In this document: positions 18,506-26,657 of the stretch, one piece after another
Layout: the number at the start of each line of letters is the position of its first letter
Numbering within the stretch: the first letter of the stretch is position 1
NCBI GenBank assembly: GCA_965263035.1
Contig: OZ253580.1
Coordinates: forward strand, 1,152,001-1,216,000
Reading direction: 5' to 3'
DNA: 64,000 nucleotides
Origin: Acidobacteriota bacterium
Lineage (GTDB): Bacteria > Acidobacteriota > UBA6911 > RPQK01 > JAJDTT01
Program-made: the position numbers and the translations under genes
The notes under the pieces: generated by a model
Databases searched by the model: none
Seen by the model: only the letters and a program-made list of their open reading frames with translations
What the model was told of the DNA's origin: nothing

Positions 18506-19558
18506 TTATGGTGTAACGGCGACCAGATCCACCAGCAGATCGCGTATCCGGGGAACCTGCCGGGTATCGATCTTCAGGTGCCGATGCCGCCCGTGGCCGC
18601 CCCGCTCGAGTCGGGTTCTGCCCTCAGGATCGAGGATCACCTCCCCGGGAGAGGAGAGCAGGAAGTCATCCCGGTGGGGGCGCACCGAATAGAGAACACT
18701 GGTCAAGTCCCATGTCGGCCGGTCGTGAAGGCTCGGGACATACAGGCGGTACGACTCGCGGAGGGGATGGCGCGCGGCGCTGTCCTCATTTCGCCGCATG
18801 CGCTCTCCGGGGTAGAGGATGGACTTTCCGATCTCGTAGCCGCTCACCACGATGGGCGTGGGCCAAGCGCCGAAAAGCTTCCGCGCGGACGGCAGATCCT
18901 TGTAGATGTTGTATTCGCGCCCTCCCTTCGGCCCGGGTTGGCCGAAGCTGCCTGCCACCATGGAGAGCAGGCGGATCTTCCTGGACGCCAGATCTTTTCC
19001 TTGAAGCGGGGAGTATCGGTCGGGAGGAGAATCCAGCAGACGGGCCAGGTTGGTGGAGAAACCCACCTGGATCACCGTCACCGAATGATCGGGTTGACTC
19101 GCCAATGTCCTCCGAAGCAAGGCGGTAGCCTCCTCGACTTCGCCGGGACGCTTCAGAGATCGAGCATACCTCAGCCTGCCTTGATCCCTGGCTTCGCAGA
19201 CCTGCCGAACGTACAGGCCGGCCTCCGGCGTCGGCCCGTTTTGCACTTTCCCGATGGGAATTCCGGGTCTCCCGTAGAAGTGGTTGAGAAGATCGCAGTA
19301 GGCGGCGGCGAAGAAATTGTCCTTGCTGACGGTCACGGCCAGCAACCGGCACTCCCCCCGGTCCTGAAGCGCATGGATCACACCGAGCGCCAGGGCGTCG
19401 TCGATGTCGTTCCCCATGTCGGTGTCGTAGATCAGCCGCACCGGTTCGACCTCCCCCTGCACCTGCGGGGCTTCCAAGATGGCACCGTAGAGCCAAACTC
19501 CAATCGCCAGGAGAAGAACGACGGCGTCACCCCTGTTCTTGGTACGTATTCCAAGCAT
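18506..19558 (-). CDS. Inosine/uridine-preferring nucleoside hydrolase family protein, probably exported
   Basis: LIYDTDMGNDIDDALAL (DxDxxxDD), VGFSTNLARLL, EYNI, RPTWDLTSVLY. Confidence 0.88.
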   Translation of the reverse strand: MLGIRTKNRGDAVVLLLAIGVWLYGAILEAPQVQGEVEPVRLIYDTDMGNDIDDALALGVIHALQDRGECRLLAVTVSKDNFFAAAYCDLLNHFYGRPGIPIGKVQNGPTPEAGLYVRQVCEARDQGRLRYARSLKRPGEVEEATALLRRTLASQPDHSVTVIQVGFSTNLARLLDSPPDRYSPLQGKDLASRKIRLLSMVAGSFGQPGPKGGREYNIYKDLPSARKLFGAWPTPIVVSGYEIGKSILYPGERMRRNEDSAARHPLRESYRLYVPSLHDRPTWDLTSVLYSVRPHRDDFLLSSPGEVILDPEGRTRLERGGHGRHRHLKIDTRQVPRIRDLLVDLVAVTP

Positions 19559-19927
19559 CACGGATGTCCTTCCGGACGCCGTCCGATACGCTGTACACCA
19601 ATCGGACACGCCCGTCGTTGCGGGTGGTTGCGATTCTCATTCTCTCCCGCCAACCTCTTCGCGTTTCCGTTCAACACCACGATCGCCTTCTATGGTGACG
19701 TTCATTCGTGCGACCCACAAGGCCAGGAACCGCCAAGTTCCCTACTGAAAAAAAGCTTTTTGGGCCTCAACCTGGGGATCGAACCAGACCCGGGAGAAGT
19801 AGACTGTCCCTTTCTCGCGGCTCACGCGTGGAGACACCCGAGGTTAATGATGCCAAGAACTTGACGGCAGGTGACAGCTTAGTCATATACTTAGCTAATC
19901 TGAGGTCGTTGTCCAAGGGGCCAAGCC

Positions 19928-20161
19928 ATGTCAGTCGTCAACGTACACGAGGCCAAGACACATCTCTCCCGGCTTCTGGCGCGGGCCGAACGAGGTGAAG
20001 AAGTCGTGATCGCCCGCAATGGCGAACCGGTTGCGAGGCTGGTTCGTTACGAAAAAGATCGAGGCGTCCGGCAGTTCGGTTCGATGAAGAGTCGAGTTGT
20101 GGTGGATGACCGTTTCTTTGAGCCGCTCCCGGAGTCTGAGCTGGCAGCCTGGGAGTCTTGA
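19928..20161 (+). CDS. Type II antitoxin, Phd/YefM family
   Basis: VNVHEAKTHLSRLL...GEEVVIARNGEPVARLV; directly upstream of a PIN toxin. The palindrome TTAGCTAA at 19891-19898 may be its operator. Confidence 0.92.
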   Translation: MSVVNVHEAKTHLSRLLARAERGEEVVIARNGEPVARLVRYEKDRGVRQFGSMKSRVVVDDRFFEPLPESELAAWES

Positions 20162-20556
20162 GTCAGAGAGTGCGTATCCTCCTCGACACCCATGCATTCT
20201 TGTGGTGGCTGGCCGGTAGCGAGCGATTGTCCGAGGCTGCCCGCGCCGCAATAAGCGAGGCAGCGAATGACATCTTCATCAGCGCGGCGTCCGCTTGGGA
20301 AATCACCACGAAGCATCGTCTCGGAAGACTCCCGGGAGCCGAGAGCGTCGCCTTGGACGTGGTCGGCTGCATTCGGAGCCAAGGGTTTCGGGAACTGCCG
20401 ATTACAGCCCACAACGGTGAGCGCGCCGGGCGGCTGCCCGGTCCACATCGCGACCCTTTCGACCGGATGTTGATCGCCCAAGCACTGACCCTCGACCTGC
20501 CCCTCGTATCTGTCGAAAAGCTCTTCGACAGATACGGCGTGAAACGCATCTGGTAA
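20158..20556 (+). CDS. vapC: Type II toxin, VapC (PIN domain)
   Basis: ILLDTHAFLWW...ISAASAWEI...HRDPFDRMLIAQA. Start is TTG 20158 or GTG 20170. Confidence 0.92.
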   Translation: MSQRVRILLDTHAFLWWLAGSERLSEAARAAISEAANDIFISAASAWEITTKHRLGRLPGAESVALDVVGCIRSQGFRELPITAHNGERAGRLPGPHRDPFDRMLIAQALTLDLPLVSVEKLFDRYGVKRIW

Positions 20557-20700
20557 CGGCGGTGGTCGTCTTTTCCATCGCCTACTTCTGTTCCTTGGAG
20601 TCCTTTGCCCGTGAGACCTCGCAAATTGATGACTGCTCGGCGTCCAACTCCAGGACCCGGCCGTAGTAGACTTGGCGCTCACGTGACGGGGGCCGAAAGC

Positions 20701-22143
20701 ATGCGACACGTTCGGACATTGTTGATCCTGTGCGGTCTTCTGGCACCTGCGGCCTGCTCGTCGCCGCCGGAAGTCCGCGAGCCGCTCGACGTCGGAAGCC
20801 GGCGACAGTTGCTGCTGGACGACGCCTGGTTCGACCACAGCGACAACGTGGAGCTGACCCTGCACCGGCCCACGCTCCGGGAAACCGTGATTCGCTGCGA
20901 CCGCCCCTGGGAGGGAAAGAGCCTCCACTACACCACGGTGGTAGGGGACGGCGGGCGTTTTCGAATGTGGTACCGGGTCGCCCTGGGGAATCCTCGGGTG
21001 GATTCGGGCCAGGACACGGTGCTGACCTGCTATGCCGAGAGCCGGGACGGGATCGTCTGGGAGAAACCGGACTTGGGGCGCTATGAATTTGAAGGGTCCA
21101 CCCAAAACAACATCCTGGGGCCGCCGGAGGACTTCACCAACATCAGCGTGCTGCTGGACCCGAATCAGGAGGAGGGCAGTGGCGCTCGCTACAAGATGAT
21201 CTCCCGGGTCAACGGCATTTCCGGGTTCGTCTCATCCGACGGAATTCGATGGACCCCGGTCGCGACCAATCCCCTGTTGTCCAACGGCCCCTTCGACAGC
21301 CACAACATCCTGCTCTGGGACGACGAGCGGGAGCGGTACGTCATTTACCTCAGAGGGGTCGACAGTTCGGTGCCCGGGCCGTTCAAAGGCGGCCGCCGGG
21401 CCATCCGCCGGTCCGAGTCGACCGACTTTCTTCACTGGACCGAACCGGAGCTGGTCTTCTTCGGCGACGAGCAGGACCCTCCCGACTTCCACCTCTACAC
21501 CAACGCGGCCGTCAAATATTCCCGGGCCGCTTCCGCGTTCTTCATGTTTCCCATGATCCTGTACACCGACCGGTCCTACCCGGGTGCGCCCTATCCGGGT
21601 CTTTCCGACGTGCGTTTCGCCTACAGCCGGGACGGCATCCAATGGGAGAGATCCTACCGGGAACCCTACCTCACCCCGGGGCCGGACGAGCGCAACTGGC
21701 TGGACCGCAATCCCATCGTGGGGCACGGCCTGATCCGGACCGGACCCGGGGAGCTCTCCCTCTATTACTCGGATCTGTTCCGGGACCGCGAGAGCCGGAT
21801 TCGGCGCTGCACTCTTCGCACCGACGGCTTTGTCTCGGTGGACGGGCCCTACGAAGGCTGGGGAGAATTCACCACCCGGCCCCTCCTCTTCCAAGGGCAG
21901 GAGCTGGAGCTGAACTACAAAACCAGCGGCGGAGGGGCCATCCAAGTCGAGTTCCAGGATGCGCAAGGGGGAAAGCTGGAGGGATTCCAAATGGAAGATT
22001 GCATCTCGATCGTCGGCGACCGGATCGACGCCGTGGTGCAATGGAAGTCCAACCCCGACCTCTCCGGCCTTTCCGGCAAGCCTGTCCGGCTGCGGGTCCG
22101 CCTTCGCGACGCGCGCCTCTACGCGTTCCGATTTCGGCCCTGA
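20701..22143 (+). CDS. Lipoprotein with a five-bladed beta-propeller glycoside-hydrolase-like fold
   Basis: Lipobox APAAC; repeated Asp-box-like motifs (ESRDGIVW, SSDGIRW, STDFLHW, SRDGIQW); C-terminal LRTDGFVS...LYAFRF. Confidence 0.7.
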   Translation: MRHVRTLLILCGLLAPAACSSPPEVREPLDVGSRRQLLLDDAWFDHSDNVELTLHRPTLRETVIRCDRPWEGKSLHYTTVVGDGGRFRMWYRVALGNPRVDSGQDTVLTCYAESRDGIVWEKPDLGRYEFEGSTQNNILGPPEDFTNISVLLDPNQEEGSGARYKMISRVNGISGFVSSDGIRWTPVATNPLLSNGPFDSHNILLWDDERERYVIYLRGVDSSVPGPFKGGRRAIRRSESTDFLHWTEPELVFFGDEQDPPDFHLYTNAAVKYSRAASAFFMFPMILYTDRSYPGAPYPGLSDVRFAYSRDGIQWERSYREPYLTPGPDERNWLDRNPIVGHGLIRTGPGELSLYYSDLFRDRESRIRRCTLRTDGFVSVDGPYEGWGEFTTRPLLFQGQELELNYKTSGGGAIQVEFQDAQGGKLEGFQMEDCISIVGDRIDAVVQWKSNPDLSGLSGKPVRLRVRLRDARLYAFRFRP

Positions 22144-22216
22144 TTAGTTCATTGAAGTACTGCTCGAGAGAATTGCCGGTCCATCCCGGACCGGCGCCCC
22201 AACCAGGAGTTGAGCG

Positions 22217-23389
22217 ATGAAGATCTCGGACATCAAGGTGGACACCTTCCGCTACCGGACCCGGTGGTTTCGAGACTACGAGGGCCATTCCCATCCCGGA
22301 CCCGAACGCTGGACGACCAACAACCTGCTGACGATCCGGACCGACGAGGGAGCCGAGGGCTATTTTTTTGCCGGACCCTCCCAGGCAGTCGTGGATTCCC
22401 TGATCAAGCCGGCTCTCGTGGGTCAGAACCCCTTCTTCCGGGAGAAGATCTGGCAACGGATGCGGCGGATGCAGAAACTCACCAATTCGCTGCCCGACAT
22501 GATGATCGCCCACGTGGACTGCGCCCTTTGGGACCTGGCCGGACGGTACCTGCAGATCCCCGTGTACAAGATGATCGGCGCCGCTCGAACCCGGATTCCG
22601 GCCTACGCCAGCATAAATTCCGGCGACGACATCCCGGGCGGCCTCAGCACCCCGGAGGAGTACGCGCAATTCTCGGAGGAGTTGGTGCGGGACGGCTTCA
22701 AGGCCATCAAGCTGCACACCTGGATGCCGCCCATGCCCGGCTCACCGGACGTCAAGCGGGACGTGGCCGCCTGCGCCGCCGTCCGCGAAGCCGTGGGGCC
22801 GGATATCACCCTGATGCTGGACCCCCATCACCACTACGACCGGATCGAAGCGCTCTACCTCGCCAAGGAGATCGAGAAATTGGGTTTTCTCTGGATCGAG
22901 GAACCCATGAACGAGCACAGCATGTCCTCCTACGTCTGGCTCAACAGCAAGCTGGACATGGCGGTGCTGGGACCGGAGAACCTGGAAGGAAGTTACCAGT
23001 CCCGGGCCGAATGGGTCGTGAACGGAGCCTCCGACATGCTGCGGGGCGGCTGCGGTGAAGTGGGGGGCATCACGCCGATCCTGAAGCTGATTCACCTGGC
23101 CCAGGCCTTCAACCTCCGGATGGAGGTCCATGGGGGCGGCCCGGCCAACATGCACGTGATCTGCACCATGGACAACGGCTGGTTCTACGAGTGGGGACTG
23201 CTCCATCCCATGATCGAACGCTACCTCCCCTTTCCGTGGCAGAAGACCCTCTATGATCCGCTGGAGGCGGACGGCTGCGTCCAGGTTCCCGAGCGTCCCG
23301 GCCTGGGGGACGACATCGATTTCGAGTACGTCCGGGAACACACGATCGGTGAAGGGGGATCCAGCCTGGGAGCGCCGGACGTTTACTGA
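22217..23389 (+). CDS. Mandelate racemase/muconate lactonizing enzyme family (enolase superfamily)
   Basis: VDCALWDLAGR, AIKLH, MLDP, WIEEP, PERPGLG. Confidence 0.9.
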   Translation: MKISDIKVDTFRYRTRWFRDYEGHSHPGPERWTTNNLLTIRTDEGAEGYFFAGPSQAVVDSLIKPALVGQNPFFREKIWQRMRRMQKLTNSLPDMMIAHVDCALWDLAGRYLQIPVYKMIGAARTRIPAYASINSGDDIPGGLSTPEEYAQFSEELVRDGFKAIKLHTWMPPMPGSPDVKRDVAACAAVREAVGPDITLMLDPHHHYDRIEALYLAKEIEKLGFLWIEEPMNEHSMSSYVWLNSKLDMAVLGPENLEGSYQSRAEWVVNGASDMLRGGCGEVGGITPILKLIHLAQAFNLRMEVHGGGPANMHVICTMDNGWFYEWGLLHPMIERYLPFPWQKTLYDPLEADGCVQVPERPGLGDDIDFEYVREHTIGEGGSSLGAPDVY

Positions 23390-23394
23390 GGAAG

Positions 23395-24384
23395 TCAGGG
23401 CCGGCTTCCCAGAAACCGGTCGAACCACTGGCACACCAGCTCGAAGTACTCCAGCTTGAAGACGTGCCGGCCCGGGGGTTGGTAGACCTTGAAGTGATCC
23501 GGCTTCCCGGCCGCAGCGTAGACGGGTTCGACCTCGCGGATCAAACGATCGACTCCGGCCTTGGGCATGTCCTCGTCCTCGGTGGGCGCCAACATCATGA
23601 AGGGACGCGGGGCGATGCAACTGTTCACGATGTCCCAATGCTCGAAGTAGCGGAGCATGTGGGGGAGGTAGGCAAACGAGCTGTGGCGTCCGGGCATGCC
23701 CTCGTGGATGTTGATGCGCAGGCTCCCCAGCCCGCCGCAGACGGCCGCACCGGTTCGGATCCAGTCTCCCAGCGCCAACCCCAGCCAAGTGGCCCATCCG
23801 CCCAGCGACATGCCGGCCAACCCGATGCGGCCGGCGTCGACTCGCTCCAGGGCCCCCAGGACCCGGGCGGCTCGAAGCACCTCGTCGGCAATGACACCGA
23901 TCTGGGACCGGCCGAAGGGGATCAGCATCCGGCTCTCCTGCTCCCAACGTTCCAGGGTGATCCGCCGCGTCTCGGCGCCCTTGGGCGTGAAGGTCAACAT
24001 GGCGTAACCGCGGCGCGCCAGTTCCCGTCCCCAGCCAAAGAGCGGGCCGGCGTCGGGCCGGGGCCGGTGGCAGCGCTCGTGGGCAACCTGGTCGGCGGTG
24101 CTGCCCGTGCCGTTCATGCAGACCAGCCCGGCCAGCGGGCCTGACGGCGCCCGCGGACGGATGAACCTGGCCGAGATCACCTCTCCCAGATAGTTGGGGA
24201 AGGTGATGCGGCTCTCGTGCAGGCCTGCCTCCTGCTCCCCGTCTCGGACCTTCCGCAGGGTGAAGGCGACGCGCTCGGGAATATCCTCCAGGCCGATGAG
24301 CTCTCGAAACTTCCCGGGGACCTGGGTCGGGGGGAGGTCGACGGGAAACGCCGGCTCGATATTACGGGGGATGGTTTCCGTCAC
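23395..24384 (-). CDS. Alpha/beta hydrolase (dienelactone hydrolase/esterase-like)
   Basis: ELARRGY, RIGLAGMSLGG (GxSxG), IAPRPF, Asp in EDED, His in GRHVF. GTG at 24384 overlaps the upstream stop; the longer track ORF start is not credible. Confidence 0.82.
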   Translation of the reverse strand: MTETIPRNIEPAFPVDLPPTQVPGKFRELIGLEDIPERVAFTLRKVRDGEQEAGLHESRITFPNYLGEVISARFIRPRAPSGPLAGLVCMNGTGSTADQVAHERCHRPRPDAGPLFGWGRELARRGYAMLTFTPKGAETRRITLERWEQESRMLIPFGRSQIGVIADEVLRAARVLGALERVDAGRIGLAGMSLGGWATWLGLALGDWIRTGAAVCGGLGSLRINIHEGMPGRHSSFAYLPHMLRYFEHWDIVNSCIAPRPFMMLAPTEDEDMPKAGVDRLIREVEPVYAAAGKPDHFKVYQPPGRHVFKLEYFELVCQWFDRFLGSRP

Positions 24385-25058
24385 GCGCCTGCTCCGGAGA
24401 GGGACGGACCGGGCGCCGCTACGCCGGGAATTCCAATCCTCTCGGGCATGGTCCGCCGCCTCCGGATGCGCAAGGGAATCCTGGGATCGGCGTCCGGGTC
24501 GGAATCGGTCCCGGCGGGCACGCATAGAGCCTCCTCGCCGGGAACGCTCTGGTGCGTGTAGTAGTGCTCGAACACCGGATAGTTGTAGCTGCCCGGCAGG
24601 TAGATGAAATTGTCCATTCCGGTGTGCGGCAGGTCGGTCAGCCAGTAGCCGATGCACAGTCGTAGAGGAAGGACGGGCGAGAAGGTGGCATAGGGTGTGG
24701 GCCGGGGCGAGTCGGGATGCCACCTGCTCCGATCCGGGTTCCGGGGCCGGACGAAGAAGTCCGAACGCTGCACCTTCAACAGCTCGCCGTACAGATCGTA
24801 ACCGTATCCAACGTGACGAGGGTGATCGATGAGCTCGCTCAGGACCGGGTCCGCCGCCACGGCGTTGGTGACACGATAGTCCTGACCGGGCCGGTAGTTC
24901 GGGTCCGAAGCGCGGGCCTGATCGATGGCCTCGACATAGCGGTCCACCTCCTCCTTGGAGAGGGCGTTCCTGAAGCTGAGCATTCCCCGTTCCAGGAACT
25001 CCTCCCACTGTTCCGCGGTAAAACCCGGCGGCGCAACTCGAAACTTCCGTTCGGTCAC
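24381..25058 (-). pseudogene. Phytanoyl-CoA dioxygenase (PhyH) family protein, apparently internally deleted
   Basis: QWEEFLERG, HPR, WHPD (HxD), IGYWLTD, YLPGS, VPAGT. The strand carrying the distal His and the 2OG-binding Arg is absent. Confidence 0.6.
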
Positions 25059-25124
25059 AAATGGTCTCTTGTCCGTTTCAAGTCACGCGCGTTCCCGCTG
25101 TCCCATCGCGCCTGTGGCGGGCCG

Positions 25125-25292
25125 CTAGCAGTCCGTGGTGAACGTCCCGCGTAGCACCGAAACCGGGGCTGCGCCCGCCGGACAAGGCGCGACGAGGGAG
25201 CATATTCGACCCTATGCGACCGAGTCGCAACGCCGTCCGCCGGGATGCAGAACCGGTCGAATGCCGCGACGACTTTTGCCACGGGCTGCTAT
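25125..25292. mobile_element. MITE family B (168 bp)
   Basis: TIRs TAGCAGTCCGTGGTGAA / rc TAGCAGCCCGTGGCAAA, CTAG/CTAT ends, internally palindromic, intergenic. Confidence 0.75.
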
Positions 25293-25294
25293 GG

Positions 25295-26584
25295 TCAGGT
25301 TTTGGTTTTCTCCCTCACCAGGTCGTCGCGGCTCAGGTGGACCCGGTCGAAGCTGTCGCCGGAGATGACGTAGTACCAGGCGGCGAAACGGACATTGAGC
25401 CGATCGGAGCGCTCCCGCGCCTCCTCCACCTGTTTCTTCCGCTCCTCTTCCTCCGTCGAAGGGTTCTGGATGTCCTTCTCGTCAAATGAGGCGCTGATGA
25501 ATAGGTAGCGGTTCTCGCCCGGGCCGCTCTCCTTGTCGTCGCTGGCGTCGCTGCCGGCGGTGACCGCCTCCCCCGACCCGTAGACGACCTCGCCGAAGCG
25601 GAGCGTGTAGGTCACGCCATCGGAGGTCAGGACCGTCATCTCCCCTTCGTTGGAGACCAGCGAGCCCTGACGCGTGAAGTAGAACCCCTTGTTCTGGAGA
25701 GACATCATGGCGGCCTGGGTGATTCTGGACGACCCCTCGGCCCGCATCAGGGTGCGGGACAACCCCGCAGGCTTGGGCCGGACACCCACGATGTTGAGTT
25801 CGTCGATGGACCGCATCAGCTCGGTGGCGCGGTAGGTCTCCATCTCCTCGTTGGAGCGAAGCTTGCCGAGGGTCCAATCGCTGCCCTTCTTGGTCAGGAC
25901 CAGCTTGCCGCGCCGATTCAACGAGCCGGTGCGCTCGTTGATGGAGTAGTTCTCCAGGACGACGCTGACGATGTCGTCCTTCTCCAACTGCAGCAGGTCC
26001 TTCTCGATCCAGTCCTCGAACTTGGTGGAGGGCTCTACCGGCATCTGGGCCACATAGACCCTCTTCTGGTCCGGCAACCGAACGAAGCGGAGGTTCTCCC
26101 GCTCCTCCACCTTCTTGCCCACGATCAGATCGGCCAGGACCTCGCCACCGTCCCCCTTGATGGTGACGCGGCGTCCCCGGCCCCGCAGGCTGGTCTCTCC
26201 CTCGTCCAGCGGGTCCAGGACTCCACAGATCTCATGGTCCGAGACGTTGTTGGACCGGAAGTCATCCTTGCGCATCTCGATGATGCCGGCGGCCGTCTTG
26301 GAAAGGAGTTCCTTGCCGTCGGCGGGATAGTCGTGGTGCGATGGGATGGTCCACTTCCCTCCCTGAGAGGTCACCTTGAAGGGACGGGCCGAAGCCGTGT
26401 CCGCGTCGAAATCCACCACTTCCAGAGAGACCGCCACGTTGGGATCGGTGAAATCGGGGAAGAAGGATTCGCCGACGTCCAGGAAGGCGTCGGGAGTGAC
26501 CCTGCCGGGAACCGTGACCAGGGCGACCAGCAGAATCAGAACGCCGCCGCCCAGGTAGCTCAAGGATTTGTTCGTTTCACTCAT
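25295..26584 (-). CDS. DUF4340 domain protein (accessory to a Gld-type ABC system)
   Basis: N-terminal TM, WTIPSHHDYPAD, LADLIVGK, STKFEDWIEKDLL; typical position after gldG-like genes. Confidence 0.8.
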   Translation of the reverse strand: MSETNKSLSYLGGGVLILLVALVTVPGRVTPDAFLDVGESFFPDFTDPNVAVSLEVVDFDADTASARPFKVTSQGGKWTIPSHHDYPADGKELLSKTAAGIIEMRKDDFRSNNVSDHEICGVLDPLDEGETSLRGRGRRVTIKGDGGEVLADLIVGKKVEERENLRFVRLPDQKRVYVAQMPVEPSTKFEDWIEKDLLQLEKDDIVSVVLENYSINERTGSLNRRGKLVLTKKGSDWTLGKLRSNEEMETYRATELMRSIDELNIVGVRPKPAGLSRTLMRAEGSSRITQAAMMSLQNKGFYFTRQGSLVSNEGEMTVLTSDGVTYTLRFGEVVYGSGEAVTAGSDASDDKESGPGENRYLFISASFDEKDIQNPSTEEEERKKQVEEARERSDRLNVRFAAWYYVISGDSFDRVHLSRDDLVREKTKT

Positions 26585-26657
26585 GGCTCCATGACCTCAA
26601 CCTTTTTTAGCTTATGACACCGGCAGTCAGGGTCCGGCCGAAGCGGGCACCCAGCCC

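Noticed and set aside
19761-19845. tRNA-like 3' end on the minus strand (CTGGTTCGATCCCCAGGTTGAGGCCCA) near the TA pair
   Set aside because: The T-stem is one pair short, and there is no convincing acceptor stem, D-arm or anticodon arm. At most a decayed fragment; tRNAscan-SE or ARAGORN would settle it.
24385-25008. Apparent long N-terminal extension of the hydrolase (537-aa ORF)
   Set aside because: It overlaps the PhyH gene in another frame and has Arg/Gly/Pro-rich non-protein-like composition. GTG 24384 is the coupled start.
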